DNA of 63,594 nt, filler included, from 4 parts of 4 records of this genome joined end to end with filler, not necessarily neighbours in it, one strand, 5' to 3'. Counted from the whole stretch's first letter, positions 21,101 through 29,547 are shown. Numbers and translations are program-made. Notes: generated by a model from the sequence alone, not told the origin.

Positions 21101-22098
21101 TTTCATTGCCAACTCTTGAGGCGATGGCCTGCGGGCTTCCGGTTATTGTGACTGCCGGCGGAGCTACCGATGACTTTGTTGACGAATCTGTGGGCTGGCT
21201 GATTCCCGCCGGTACGCGCAGTATCGGCACGGCAATCGACGGACATGCCCTGAGCGCCGAGGCATTTGTTCTGGAGCCCGATGAAGAGACTCTGGCCCTG
21301 CATATGCGCGCCGCATTTGAGGAACCGCAACTTGCACGTGCGCGTGGAATTGCGGCTGCCCTGCGCGCCCGTTCCGACTGGACATGGAATCGTGCCGGCC
21401 TGCGCATGTTTAGCCGTATCGACGCTTTGCTGGGAACGCGCTATGCCGAACGCAGTGCCGAACAGTTAACCGATTCAACGGATGCCGTGCTGCTTTTTGG
21501 CCGTGCTGAGCAGGCAAATCGCAGTGGCCAGGTCGATGAGGCAATTGTGTTGTATCAGCAGGCCTTTGAAATGCGCGGACTGCCGGAACAATACTTGCAG
21601 CTTACTTTGCACCGGTTGGCATCCTATGCCCTCGCCGCAGATGAGCTGGAGCTGGCCACCGAATTTTTGGACAAGAGCGCCGAAGTTGGAATTAACAGTC
21701 CGGATACTCAGTACCTGCGCGCGATTCTGCTCTTGTATAGTGAAGAGTGGGAAGACGCACTTGACCTGCTCAATCCACTTACCGAACACTGGAAAGATAA
21801 AAAATATAACACGATGCTGGGTGTGACGCTGGACCAACTGCTGACGGAAATCGGTCGTGGTTTACTGGGGCTCGATTTTGCAGATGACGCACGCAAAATG
21901 TTCGAGCTGGCACTTAACATTAATTCCGGTAACGCTGATGCGTGTTTTGGAGCGGGGATGGCCTTCCTGAAAATTGAAGCTCTCGCAGAGGCGCGTACAA
22001 TGTTCGAATGGGCAGTTAAACTGCGGCCGGATTTTGCCGCCGCCAGTGAAGCTCTGGAGAGTATTGCAGATGTGACGCCGGACGCTGCGGGTGAGTAG
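15142..22098 (+). CDS. 2318-aa multidomain glycosyltransferase: GT4-TPR-GT2-TPR-GT4-SAM methyltransferase-GT4-TPR
   Basis: GT4 (VLHVIQALTLGGA..ELNLQEVMFMGVP); GT2 (VSAVVSTY..IIVIDAAS..NADD..DYDFF); GT4 (HFHNF..PHKG..EECAGLVLAES); MTase (LNVGCG..ILEHF..RVLKPGG); GT4 (RKGID..YRGEGFSLPTLEAMACG); terminal TPRs. Confidence 0.92.
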   Translation: MQNPQVKEPQASSPSSASVPSVGKPVHVLHVIQALTLGGAARSMIATSKYSARQGAYKHSIVALHSSEEAAAELARAGGISDIHVAPDDSTLDGLMQAADIVQLHWWNTPETERFLRRDLPPMRLVIWYHVAGDGAPHIITPQHSNMADCNIPCNPFTCNDLPVFRDASPEFKSQRIRMVYDAADFDRLQGGALRAHAGFRVGYIGTVDFFKMHPDYVKMSAAVRVPDVKFVVCGGGKQEILREQAQALQAELRFEFRGYVNDIKSVIEEFDVYGYPLCEHTYAAAELNLQEVMFMGVPPVVFPYGGVKQLVQHEETGLIVHSPQAYSEAIEYLHAKPEERFLLGRNAQAYAASVFGAENAARDLNDAYAMLMQRDKRLRIHGRDAGQSLLKQDVSYYDVDNQTAAPSWEVFVESLGEHGLVFRRSAESDDERELFEADSQISASSALLFDTGIKAYRLHDGEDAVLRFWTGLVLLKQGDPAAASEFAAAYQTGLQHWRVLWYLAQALGISDQKDQADALMRQLRAAIPDIDQRVPQQSQAAHTPEKSSVNRAASTGGEPVDNQSSPAATQAKGAHATHAGADPDPVSSSPRSALESEYLVSAVVSTYASEEFLRGCLEELTGQTLFKQGKLEIIVIDAASPENEAAIVQEYLNTHSHIVFERTPQRESLYHSWNRACRMARGTYIVNANADDRRRSDCFEILAAGLEFSGAGIAYSDVAYSQIANKPFDEAVQGVWRFPAFDPRLGLHYCMGCFSIMWRKIAWEALGGFNAEAYELAADYDFFTRAALQFGAIHVPEAVTMALLHDKQQSKREERMNAESEAIRAAFAELPLYEIFGGAKLDSPAERASAYLELGNAAMTLREPWYGDHQVAIKPQAAARWYQLALAEVENYAPALFNTAILTAIVGKGDVALQLLAQVEAATGSELKSELAAAHDFCSRAGAITMDMLLELPLLPSGFAWPPDSAAEFESMNVTSVADEQAPESTIESVPKSATESVPKSATESATEARSDSVPESSPVSAAATEVQTDTAGGRRVLFTMFGWDESGGGTMFPRSVAEELARRGNNLGVLYAGAKHPQNSQPYFLEYKRSAAGVELFGLFNRPTQFLDVADPQREAEDDRVVMAMTAVLEGFQPEVVHFHNFLGLSFAIARLAHERGIPTVYTPHNYHMIDPALYLINSDLRRWQSTDFLKESELAATQNQADWQVRIDAARLALNDHIDCTIAVSRRVKQLLLDFGAPEDKTFVVHQMPQSTEVILAAATPKQIKHQPLRFGFIGAMIPHKGVHILVQAMQLIPPGAAECWVYGYGSAEYKDALNKIDGKQTIRWQGEYSISDLPQIAAELDAVVIPSVWEECAGLVLAESLSANLPIIASDIGGTPDFVHDGVNGRLYPCDDPQALAAVLLEFVQDAQALLRLANRGVSHRFADYIDHVEMLYGMLFRREPLDPDRVNFKPAINGTVKHDAAETERAGAPQTRSHGQGSYQPEGKQERQPEVNQASRQERREKPPGRQAEQQAGQKLSAEINARMNQAQEIAGGFATSPASGILPDPLPAPLYLNVGCGKDVREGFVNIDLFSDDPRVVAMDVRDLDLPDACADALLASDILEHFSHRETRAVLTEWSRVLKPGGELIIRCPSLRLQVQAYMRGDWDADIASYMIFGGQTNPGDYHCIGFDEPSIRRHLSACGLTVESFEEADTPQDKGFINLNMTVRARKAQLVTTAPPDAELNIAWEGSQFVQHSLALINRQQCLNLIKSGLANPLIIPYENDTFDAGEDKDLLLLKSYDVRHRDPGRMTAPSVWVRHQWPPSADRPQHGKWVINQPWEFSALRRDFVELFNRVDEVWTPSTFCRDVYVKAGVAANKVQVVPNGIDPQLFTPQGPRYELQHNKRFNFLFVGGTIFRKGIDILLTAFARTFNSDDDVCLVIKDMGGNSFYKGQTAREHIDKLRAQPNAPAIEYIDSMLTDAELVSLYRACDVFVTPYRGEGFSLPTLEAMACGLPVIVTAGGATDDFVDESVGWLIPAGTRSIGTAIDGHALSAEAFVLEPDEETLALHMRAAFEEPQLARARGIAAALRARSDWTWNRAGLRMFSRIDALLGTRYAERSAEQLTDSTDAVLLFGRAEQANRSGQVDEAIVLYQQAFEMRGLPEQYLQLTLHRLASYALAADELELATEFLDKSAEVGINSPDTQYLRAILLLYSEEWEDALDLLNPLTEHWKDKKYNTMLGVTLDQLLTEIGRGLLGLDFADDARKMFELALNINSGNADACFGAGMAFLKIEALAEARTMFEWAVKLRPDFAAASEALESIADVTPDAAGE
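18106..18165 (+). repeat. Intragenic 24-bp tandem repeat in an interdomain linker (ESVPKSAT x2 + ESAT)
   Basis: gaatctgtccctaagtcggcgact / gagtctgtccctaagtcggctaca / gagtcggcaact. Confidence 0.75.
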
Positions 22099-22157
22099 GC
22101 AGGCCGTGACTTAAACAACTGAAAGTTCGTTATGGGCAGCGCCGAATAGGCGCAAAA

Positions 22158-22193
22158 GAAAAGCTCCGACAATCACCATTGCCGGAGCTTTTC
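22158..22193. terminator. Bidirectional intrinsic terminator
   Basis: GAAAAGCTCCGACAAT-CACC-ATTGCCGGAGCTTTTC between convergent genes. Confidence 0.8.
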
Positions 22194-22226
22194 AATTTTA
22201 AAACCTTGCTGCGCTACGTACTGCTA

Positions 22227-23609
22227 TCAGTTGCAACCCATCTGCGTTTTGGCAGCTGCGTCGGCGAAGGGGAAGCAGTCACCGGAAGGTAAAGATGACG
22301 GCACAAAACGTTGCAGGTTGTCATCATGCAAGGCCGTCGAGATGAAAGCCGTCAGATTGAGAATTTCCTGATCCGTCAAACCAAGTGCTGTGAACTCACT
22401 TGCAATCTGTGAATTCGGCACCGCTGGGTTTTCTGTAACCGCATCGTTCTTGTACTCAACGACTTCGCGTATTGAACGGAAGGACGAGCCATGACCGTAA
22501 AAACGCGAGTCAATCAGATTGTAGAGCTGTGGAGTCTTGAACTTGTAGAAGTCATCCGGGTTGTCCGTAAAACCGCCACGACCGTACTTGGTGGCCAGAT
22601 CCGGTTCATTGCCATAGACACCTTCGCCGGCCAGGTCATTCATACCCAGAGCGTGGAACGTCATCGAGTTGAGCGCCGGACCAGTGTGGCAAGAGTTGCA
22701 ATCGGCTTTGTCACTAAAGAAAACCAGCGCGCCGCGCAGTTCCTGTTCTGACATTGCATTGCGGTCACCCGCCAACCACTGTTGGAAAGGCGCCTGATTT
22801 GAAAGTAAAGTGCGTTCGTATGCCGCAATTGCCAAACCAGCCGTTTCGGCGTTGATTTCCTGACCTGGGAATGCCTCATTGAACATTTCGGCATAAGTCG
22901 CATTGTTGTTCAGAACTGTGAAGTCAGCCCCCAGACGATGCACCGTCAATCCGGCAATCGCCTGTATCTCCAGACCGTGATACCCAAGATTGTTGACAGC
23001 TTTGGGAGTCTCCGGCGTCCACTGACTGTTTGTACCGGCATTCGGGCCTACAGCTCCAAACTGACCGTTCCAGAGCATGACTTCCTGCCAGGCGCCGTTC
23101 ATTGCCGACGGTGTGCGAATCGGCTGGATATCCAGCTCATCCGTAGCATAGTCGGTATTTGGTAAGCGGTTCGCCCAGGCGCCTGAGCCGCCTTCGCCAA
23201 TCCCCTGTGCAATCCCTGCCTGAAAGCCCGCCTCTGCATGGTGGCATGCAGCACAACTACTCGTGCCCATACCCTCGGTACGCTTGGCGTCAGTCAAAAG
23301 CATTGTTTCGTGATACAGAAACTTGCCGAGAGCCACTTTGGCTTCCGTTAGCGGATTTCTTGGGTCCTGTGGAATCGATGCCAGATCGCCGTCGGCAGGC
23401 ATCATGAAAAAGTCGGTGGAATTATCTGGTGATGCACTGCGCAGCAGTGATAGCAGATCTTCATTTAATTGGTCTACCGTGTCGTTGCCGGGGTCATCAT
23501 CATCACAAGCACTAAGAGAAAATAGAGCTACGCAGCTTAGATAGAGCAAGGCTTTCTTCGACACTTTTGTCGTAAATGCCGATATTTCGGCCGTAGTTGG
23601 GAACTTCAT
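22227..23609 (-). CDS. Di-heme cytochrome c peroxidase family (bCcP/MauG superfamily) lipoprotein
   Basis: Lipobox LSAC followed by DDDD; NPLTEAKVALGKFLY; two CXXCH motifs (CAACH, CNSCH); RTPS..MLWNG; FKTPQL. Likely start is the ATG at 23609. Confidence 0.9.
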   Translation of the reverse strand: MKFPTTAEISAFTTKVSKKALLYLSCVALFSLSACDDDDPGNDTVDQLNEDLLSLLRSASPDNSTDFFMMPADGDLASIPQDPRNPLTEAKVALGKFLYHETMLLTDAKRTEGMGTSSCAACHHAEAGFQAGIAQGIGEGGSGAWANRLPNTDYATDELDIQPIRTPSAMNGAWQEVMLWNGQFGAVGPNAGTNSQWTPETPKAVNNLGYHGLEIQAIAGLTVHRLGADFTVLNNNATYAEMFNEAFPGQEINAETAGLAIAAYERTLLSNQAPFQQWLAGDRNAMSEQELRGALVFFSDKADCNSCHTGPALNSMTFHALGMNDLAGEGVYGNEPDLATKYGRGGFTDNPDDFYKFKTPQLYNLIDSRFYGHGSSFRSIREVVEYKNDAVTENPAVPNSQIASEFTALGLTDQEILNLTAFISTALHDDNLQRFVPSSLPSGDCFPFADAAAKTQMGCN

Positions 23610-24081
23610 GACTAACCTGTTGGTTTGTTGTGGCCCGGGGTCCGTTTTTGCCGGCCACTTTTGAGCTAATACTTGAATTGGAATAACGGTGGCAGATCTA
23701 ACCAGTGACACAAATGCGGAAACTGCCATTTTCGCATTAAGGGCACAATGCAGTAACCTGAGTTACGACCTACTCAGATTATAAGACACGTTAAAATAAC
23801 ATGCCGTTGCGTAAAATCATAAGATTTTGACGTTTCACGGTTTTAAATTTGACATTGTCAAATCGTCTTTTTGCGTAATATCCTGAATATCAGGCGCTAT
23901 TTTACGCGCTGAATCCGAATTTGAACCTGAAGCTAATACAAGGCATTTCCGCGCTTTGTTGGTCGTCTGGGAACTTTGAATCGCATTCCATGCTTCCAGT
24001 GCCATGCAGATTACACGCATTTCCGGCCTGTATTATGCACCCCTTCATTCCGCACGTAGAAATACATTGAGAGAGAAATAT

Positions 24082-25719
24082 ATGTCGCCTTCGGCTGGTG
24101 AATTGGAGCCATATCAACCGCGCTACTCACTCTGGCTAAAAATTGCACTTCCCTTTACCGTCGGTGCCGCCATCGCGATTTTTGTCGTCGGTCAAATTTC
24201 TCTGGGACAGTCAATCGACCAAACCAAGATGGCTTCCCAACAGAAACTACTCAACATCGTAACCATGGCCGCCTGCGCATTGGCAGGCGACGATCACGAT
24301 GCTGCGATGGGGAATAGTGACAGCGCCCAACGCTACTTTGACTACCAGGTGGGGCTGCTGCGTCGCTTTCGCGATAAACTCAATCAAATCGACGAGTTTC
24401 CGGAACATTGGTACACCTTGCTCGCCAACAAAGGAGATACAACAACCTTTGGCCTGATGACCCACGAAACGCCGTTCAAAGGTGATACAACCATTTTCAG
24501 GAGTGCCGCAGCGCGCTCCGTTTTTGAGAATGTCTGGAACGATCAGGTCCCGCGATTTACCGATACATACACAAGTGACAACGGCCGCTGGATCTCCGCC
24601 CTGGCTGCAATCACCAATAAAAAGGGCGAAACGGTTGGGATGATGCAGGTTGACCTGCACTACGAGCGCTACGTGGCATACGTTGAAGAATTACAAACCG
24701 AGGCCCACTGGCTTCAGGCCGGCGGTATCGTCTTTGCCGGCTTAATTGGGGTTCTGCTGGGCCGCCTGATCGCCCGCCCCATTCGCCGTGTCAGTGACGC
24801 CGCTACGCACATCGCCAACAGCGGATTTCAGGGTGAAGTCGCAGAGCCACGTGCCCTCAAGCTTTTTCCCGACGAAACCAGTTCGCTGATTCGCAACTTC
24901 AACTCCATGGCCGGCAAGTTGGAAGAAACTCTCGTTTCCCTCCGCAAAGCCAATCGCAGACTCGAAAGCGTCGACCACGCTAAATCCGTTTTCCTGCAAT
25001 TCGTAGCACACGAACTGCGCACGCCGCTCAATGGCCTTGGCACAATTAAACTGCTACCCGAATTGCAAGACTTTGAAGAAGACACGCTCGAAGCGCTCCA
25101 CGATGCCGGCAAGAGCGTCGATCGTTTGCGCAACTTTACCGCTGCCGCCGAACGTTATATCGTCGCCCTCACACATGAATACGATGTGTCCGAAGTTTTT
25201 ATCGTCAATCAAACTCTCGAAAGCGTCATAACCGACCTGCGCCCCTACGCCTCGCAGCACGGCCTCGAAATCGATCTGCGCATGACGGATGAGATACTTC
25301 CCGTCGCAATGCCATATGACGTCCTCAACGAACTGTTCCACCAGGTCATCCACAATGCCATTAAATTTGGGCACAAGGGCGACCGCATTGAAATTGAACT
25401 CGTACGCGAGAAAAACCTCGTAGACTGTTATATCCGCGACTTCGGTTCCGGCTTTGATCCCGAGCATTCCGAGCGCATCTGTGAGCCCTTCTTTGTGGCC
25501 GATATTTTACACCACTCCAGTGGTACCGGTGTTAATCTTGCCATGGCAAAAGTGTATGCCGAACATTACAACGGTAAGCTAAAGGCAAAAAGTGATGGCC
25601 CGGGACAGGGAAGTCTCTTCCACATTTGCCTTAACCTTGCACCCATTGAAAGGTTAAAAACCTCGGAAATCTACGGCGACTCAATTGAAGAGCTGCTGCA
25701 GCCGGGTGTTACTTTGTAG
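24082..25719 (+). CDS. Membrane-bound HAMP-domain sensor histidine kinase
   Basis: Two TM segments around a periplasmic (Cache-like) region; HAMP (PIRRVS..DETSSL..FNSM); H-box VAHELRTPL; N-box NAIKF; DFGSG; GSLF. Start 24004 or 24082. Confidence 0.9.
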   Translation: MSPSAGELEPYQPRYSLWLKIALPFTVGAAIAIFVVGQISLGQSIDQTKMASQQKLLNIVTMAACALAGDDHDAAMGNSDSAQRYFDYQVGLLRRFRDKLNQIDEFPEHWYTLLANKGDTTTFGLMTHETPFKGDTTIFRSAAARSVFENVWNDQVPRFTDTYTSDNGRWISALAAITNKKGETVGMMQVDLHYERYVAYVEELQTEAHWLQAGGIVFAGLIGVLLGRLIARPIRRVSDAATHIANSGFQGEVAEPRALKLFPDETSSLIRNFNSMAGKLEETLVSLRKANRRLESVDHAKSVFLQFVAHELRTPLNGLGTIKLLPELQDFEEDTLEALHDAGKSVDRLRNFTAAAERYIVALTHEYDVSEVFIVNQTLESVITDLRPYASQHGLEIDLRMTDEILPVAMPYDVLNELFHQVIHNAIKFGHKGDRIEIELVREKNLVDCYIRDFGSGFDPEHSERICEPFFVADILHHSSGTGVNLAMAKVYAEHYNGKLKAKSDGPGQGSLFHICLNLAPIERLKTSEIYGDSIEELLQPGVTL

Positions 25720-26054
25720 GCAGGTCCAGAAATAAATTCCACTTCCGCTTAAGTGATTTGCTAACAAGACTTTAACGCTGCGGTAATAATTACCAGCGTA
25801 TTATTATTATTGCCGTGTTAGACAGTCGTCGTGAATTCTCCCTGGCTGCCATATCGTATGTCAGAACTCAGTGTGACATAAACGCGGTTTTTGGTCTATT
25901 AATTGCGGAAGTCAGAACTCTGCGCTACTGCTTCTGTAAGTATTAAACAAGTTGAATTCCTGTGTCGGCTCCATCTGGAATACGCGCACGTAGTCTGCTT
26001 GTTAATTGTATTGTACCTGCGGTCTTTGTTACTACTTTTTCTGGACTAAGTAGC

Positions 26055-26927
26055 ATGTTTCTTAAAATTCAGGATAATACGTCCACACCGGCACCACAGA
26101 ACCAGTCTGAACTTAACAACCCACCTATTGGCAGGTATACTGCTGGGGCTCAGGCGAATCATTATCCGTCATCTTTCATTTCTTCCGCGGCCGAGCGTTC
26201 ACAGAGTGCAGTCGCGCAGCAGGCCACGAGCGGGCAGTCCTGCCAACAGGACCTGGAAACCAGCCGCGCAACCTTTCTTCGTTTTATGGCGCACGAACTT
26301 AGAACGCCATTAAACAACATGGCGATGATCAAGAGTTTACAGCATAGTGCCGATCTTGATCCTGAGGCGCGCGAGTTGATTAAGCATGTGGTTGCAGGGT
26401 ATAACCGTCTTGAGCACTTCTGCCTTGCCGGCGAGCACTTTCTGGAAGCCCAGGCTCACGTAGCGCAGTCAGGTAATGTTTGTGATATGCGTCAGATACT
26501 TGCCGATGAGCTACAGAACCTTGACCCTGATATTCAGGCGGCCAACATTGAAGTGCAGGCGGCGATTGTGCAGTCGTCACTTAACATAGATATTCCGTCA
26601 GAAATTGCGGTGTTTATTGTTCGGACGCTGTTAAACAACGCTCTCAAGTTTGGCGCAAGCGCGCAGGTGATTGAACTTACACTTAAACAGGTCGGCGCAG
26701 ACCTGGCTTTTACCGTGCGTGACTGGGGTGTCGGGATTCTGCCGTCAAACAACTTAAACATCTTTGAGCCATTTTTTGTCGATGATATCGAACACCATCA
26801 GCAGGGCTCGGGTGTTAGTATCGCTACTGCCAGAGTGTATGCGCGCTTATACGGTGGAGAATTGAGCGCCGTCAGTCAGGGCCGTCAACTCGGCACAACT
26901 TTTGAATTGCGTCTGCCTGTCGCCTGA
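26055..26927 (+). CDS. Soluble histidine kinase (HisKA + HATPase, no recognisable sensor domain)
   Basis: FMAHELRTPL, NALKF, DWGVG, IFEPFF, GTTF; the N-terminus is low-complexity. Start 25962 or 26055. Confidence 0.8.
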   Translation: MFLKIQDNTSTPAPQNQSELNNPPIGRYTAGAQANHYPSSFISSAAERSQSAVAQQATSGQSCQQDLETSRATFLRFMAHELRTPLNNMAMIKSLQHSADLDPEARELIKHVVAGYNRLEHFCLAGEHFLEAQAHVAQSGNVCDMRQILADELQNLDPDIQAANIEVQAAIVQSSLNIDIPSEIAVFIVRTLLNNALKFGASAQVIELTLKQVGADLAFTVRDWGVGILPSNNLNIFEPFFVDDIEHHQQGSGVSIATARVYARLYGGELSAVSQGRQLGTTFELRLPVA

Positions 26928-27212
26928 TCTGCTTCCAGTTTTGAGCTTCTTACTTGTTTAATCTTTTCGGCTGTTAACACTCTGGCTTGTAATAATTGCA
27001 GCGCCTTTTGTGCTGTCGCACCAGGCTCGCTTTTTGAGTATCTTGTTAGTTCTTAAGTCCTCAGCCTCAAGTCTCCAAGCCAAACAGTATTTTTAGCAAT
27101 GAGTGTCAAAGATGCTCAGTCAATCAGCCCGTCATTCAATATCTTAGATGAAAGTGTTGAGCCGGTGCGCAGAGCCAGGTCTCTGAATGTCAATTCTTAG
27201 TGATCAAATGTT

Positions 27213-27662
27213 TTAACCGCGTAATTGATCCAGCAAGTCGTTAAGCTGTTCCGCCTCTGTGCAGCTAAGCGTCGTAAAGTTGCTGTCCATATCCGTAACC
27301 CGGCTGTCAATTTCTTTTAACAAGTCCAGGCCTGCTTCCGTAATTAAAACATCCATGCGTCTGCGGTCATTGCTGCACGGGCTGCGCGCTATCAATTCTT
27401 TGGCATAGAGCCGGTCCACAAGGCGTGAGACATCAGACTGCTTGTCAAGCATGCGTTCGCGTAGCGTTACCAGGGATGCCGGATTTGGATATTGACCGCG
27501 CAGAATTCGCAAAATATTATACTGCTGTGTTGTGATATTGTGCGGCTGAATCAGCTTGCGTAGCTGTGGTTGTAGCCAGTTGTACGTATACAGAATGTTA
27601 ACTGCCAGCTTGTGGTAGGCATTGCGGAACTTCTTCTGTTTAATCTCGTCTTCGAGTCGCAT
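27213..27662 (-). CDS. MarR-family transcriptional regulator
   Basis: ITTQQYNILRILRGQYP..SDVSRLVDRL..DRRRMDVLITEAG. Confidence 0.92.
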   Translation of the reverse strand: MRLEDEIKQKKFRNAYHKLAVNILYTYNWLQPQLRKLIQPHNITTQQYNILRILRGQYPNPASLVTLRERMLDKQSDVSRLVDRLYAKELIARSPCSNDRRRMDVLITEAGLDLLKEIDSRVTDMDSNFTTLSCTEAEQLNDLLDQLRG

Positions 27663-27738
27663 GCTGTACTGCCAGTCTTTAAATGTATGATACTGTGGGG
27701 GCTGTAGTCCGCGATGTTAATTAACAGCGTCTGTCGTA

Positions 27739-28485
27739 TTAGTGGGGTGTTGCCATCGTTGCATACGCCGGCTCACGTGGTACTTCTACCACAAACAGTC
27801 GCCCGCCTTTGCTCGCTGTAAAACGCAACATCTCAGTGTGTGAGATTAACAGGAAGTCGTCCTTCTTGATAAAGGAGGCATCTGTTTCAATTTTGCCTTC
27901 AAGCACAAAAACCGCAAATACGGAGTCTTCGTCAACCTCAAGAGCGTGCTCACCCGCATCGAATATCAACTCAAAGATGCGTGCATGCGCCTGCATCTCT
28001 ACAGCTGCGCCTTCACCGGCAATTACGCGGACGTCCATATCGCCCATTGGCACAATGTCAAACTCTTCCGCACGGAAGTCCTGGTATCTGGCTTCAAGCC
28101 CCAGAGTCTGCCGCAGGTCAGGGTCGAACCAAATCTGGAACAGGCGCGTGCCCTTTTTGATGCGTTCGGCATGTGTAATACCAGAGCCCGCCTGCATCAA
28201 TTGTGCATCTCCAGCTTCCAGCGCCGTCCAGGAATCGCTGCTGCTGTCATAATGTTCCACCGTGCCCTCGATTATGTAAGAGAGGATTTCAAATCCGCGA
28301 TGCGGATGTTCAGCTATCAACCCATCTTGATTGCCCCAGGCATAAGCCCAGTAGAATAGAGTTGAAAAGGAATTGAGAATGCCTTCCTGTGCATCGGGGA
28401 ATGAAACCAGGCGTCGCTCCTCAATCTTGCCGCCGTCAAAAGCGGCCGCCGGCTGAACCTTGCGGGGAATATGAATGATGCGCAT
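27739..28485 (-). CDS. Pirin family protein
   Basis: HPHRGFEILSY..QLMQAGSGITHAE..FQIW cupin metal motifs. Confidence 0.92.
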   Translation of the reverse strand: MRIIHIPRKVQPAAAFDGGKIEERRLVSFPDAQEGILNSFSTLFYWAYAWGNQDGLIAEHPHRGFEILSYIIEGTVEHYDSSSDSWTALEAGDAQLMQAGSGITHAERIKKGTRLFQIWFDPDLRQTLGLEARYQDFRAEEFDIVPMGDMDVRVIAGEGAAVEMQAHARIFELIFDAGEHALEVDEDSVFAVFVLEGKIETDASFIKKDDFLLISHTEMLRFTASKGGRLFVVEVPREPAYATMATPH

Positions 28486-28535
28486 GCGCTACGTATACCA
28501 GGAGTTTTGAGAGAATCAATCGGGAAATTCAAGAT

Positions 28536-28570
28536 AAAAAAAACGGGGACCATTGGGCCCCCGTTTTTTT
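28536..28570 (-). terminator. Intrinsic terminator after yceI
   Basis: AAAAAAAACGGGG-accattgggc-CCCCGTTTTTTT. Confidence 0.85.
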
Positions 28571-28590
28571 AGGCGATTGACGTTCCAGTC

Positions 28591-29184
28591 TTAGGCTTCT
28601 TTACCCAATTCCAGATCGATCTCAATTTCTACCGTTTCACCGACAACCAGGCCACCTGTCTCCAGGGCTGCGTCAAACTTCAGCCCAAAATCGAAGCGAT
28701 TAATTTCACCCGTAATTTCAAATCCGGCCTTTGTGTTGCCCCAGGGATCGTTTACCGTACCGTTATATGCCACGTCAAGCGTTACTTCTTTCGTCGTACC
28801 GCGGATTGTCAAATCGCCAGTCAGCTTGTATTTACCTTTGCCTGCGCTCTTCATTGACTTGCTCACGAACTTCATCTCGGGATGTTTGTCTGCAGCAAAG
28901 AAGTCGTCACCACGGAGGTGCTCGTCGCGTTTCTCATTGTCAGTGTCAACACTCTGTGTTTTGATGTTGACCGAAATTTTTGCGTCGGAGAAGTCTGCTT
29001 TCTTTGACTCTACCGTAATGTCGTAGTCGTTGAATTTGCCATCAGTGGAAGAAATCACCAGGTGACTTACTTCAAATGAAACCTGTGAATGGACCTTGTC
29101 TACTTTCCATGTGTTGGCCTGAATTCCGGCCGTACTTGCTACAAACAGTGCAATAAGTGCCCAGACAGTGCTGATGCGTTTCAT
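28591..29184 (-). CDS. YceI family (polyisoprenoid-binding) periplasmic protein
   Basis: Signal peptide; WKVDKVHS..RDEHLRGDDFF..GDLTIRG..DPWG..INRFDFG. ATG at 29184 has GGAG upstream. Confidence 0.93.
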   Translation of the reverse strand: MKRISTVWALIALFVASTAGIQANTWKVDKVHSQVSFEVSHLVISSTDGKFNDYDITVESKKADFSDAKISVNIKTQSVDTDNEKRDEHLRGDDFFAADKHPEMKFVSKSMKSAGKGKYKLTGDLTIRGTTKEVTLDVAYNGTVNDPWGNTKAGFEITGEINRFDFGLKFDAALETGGLVVGETVEIEIDLELGKEA

Positions 29185-29255
29185 ATCGATAGCTCCAAAA
29201 AAATTGTTCGTGTGTCGCATATGTTTGCGAGTGTTTCAATAACTGGCACAAATAT

Positions 29256-29282
29256 ATGTTGAAACATTAGATGTTGCAACAT
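29256..29282. promoter_or_regulatory. Tandem palindromic operator (candidate MarR site)
   Basis: ATGTTGAAACAT (29256-67) and the perfect palindrome ATGTTGCAACAT (29271-82), in the promoter region of yceI-pirin-marR. Confidence 0.65.
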
Positions 29283-29479
29283 GTATTTTTTCTGAGGGTG
29301 TGAATTGCAGAGATTTTGGCGTGAAGTGTCGTCTATTTGGAGTCAATCGTCAAAAACAGTAGTCAGTCAACTGGGAGTGTACAGGCCGGCGCGTGGATGC
29401 AGGCTAAAAAACCGCCAAATGGCGCGCTTATGATCTATAGGTGCGCGGCTTGGGGCTGCAATTGTAAGGCTCAGGACAT

Positions 29480-29511
29480 AAAAAAAGCATCAGCAGAATC
29501 CTGCTGATGCT
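29480..29511 (-). terminator. Intrinsic terminator after korB
   Basis: A-run followed by AGCATCAGCAG-AATC-CTGCTGATGCT. Confidence 0.85.
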
Positions 29512-29547
29512 CTCTTGATTTGCTCCAAATTCCTGCGAACTTCAGGC

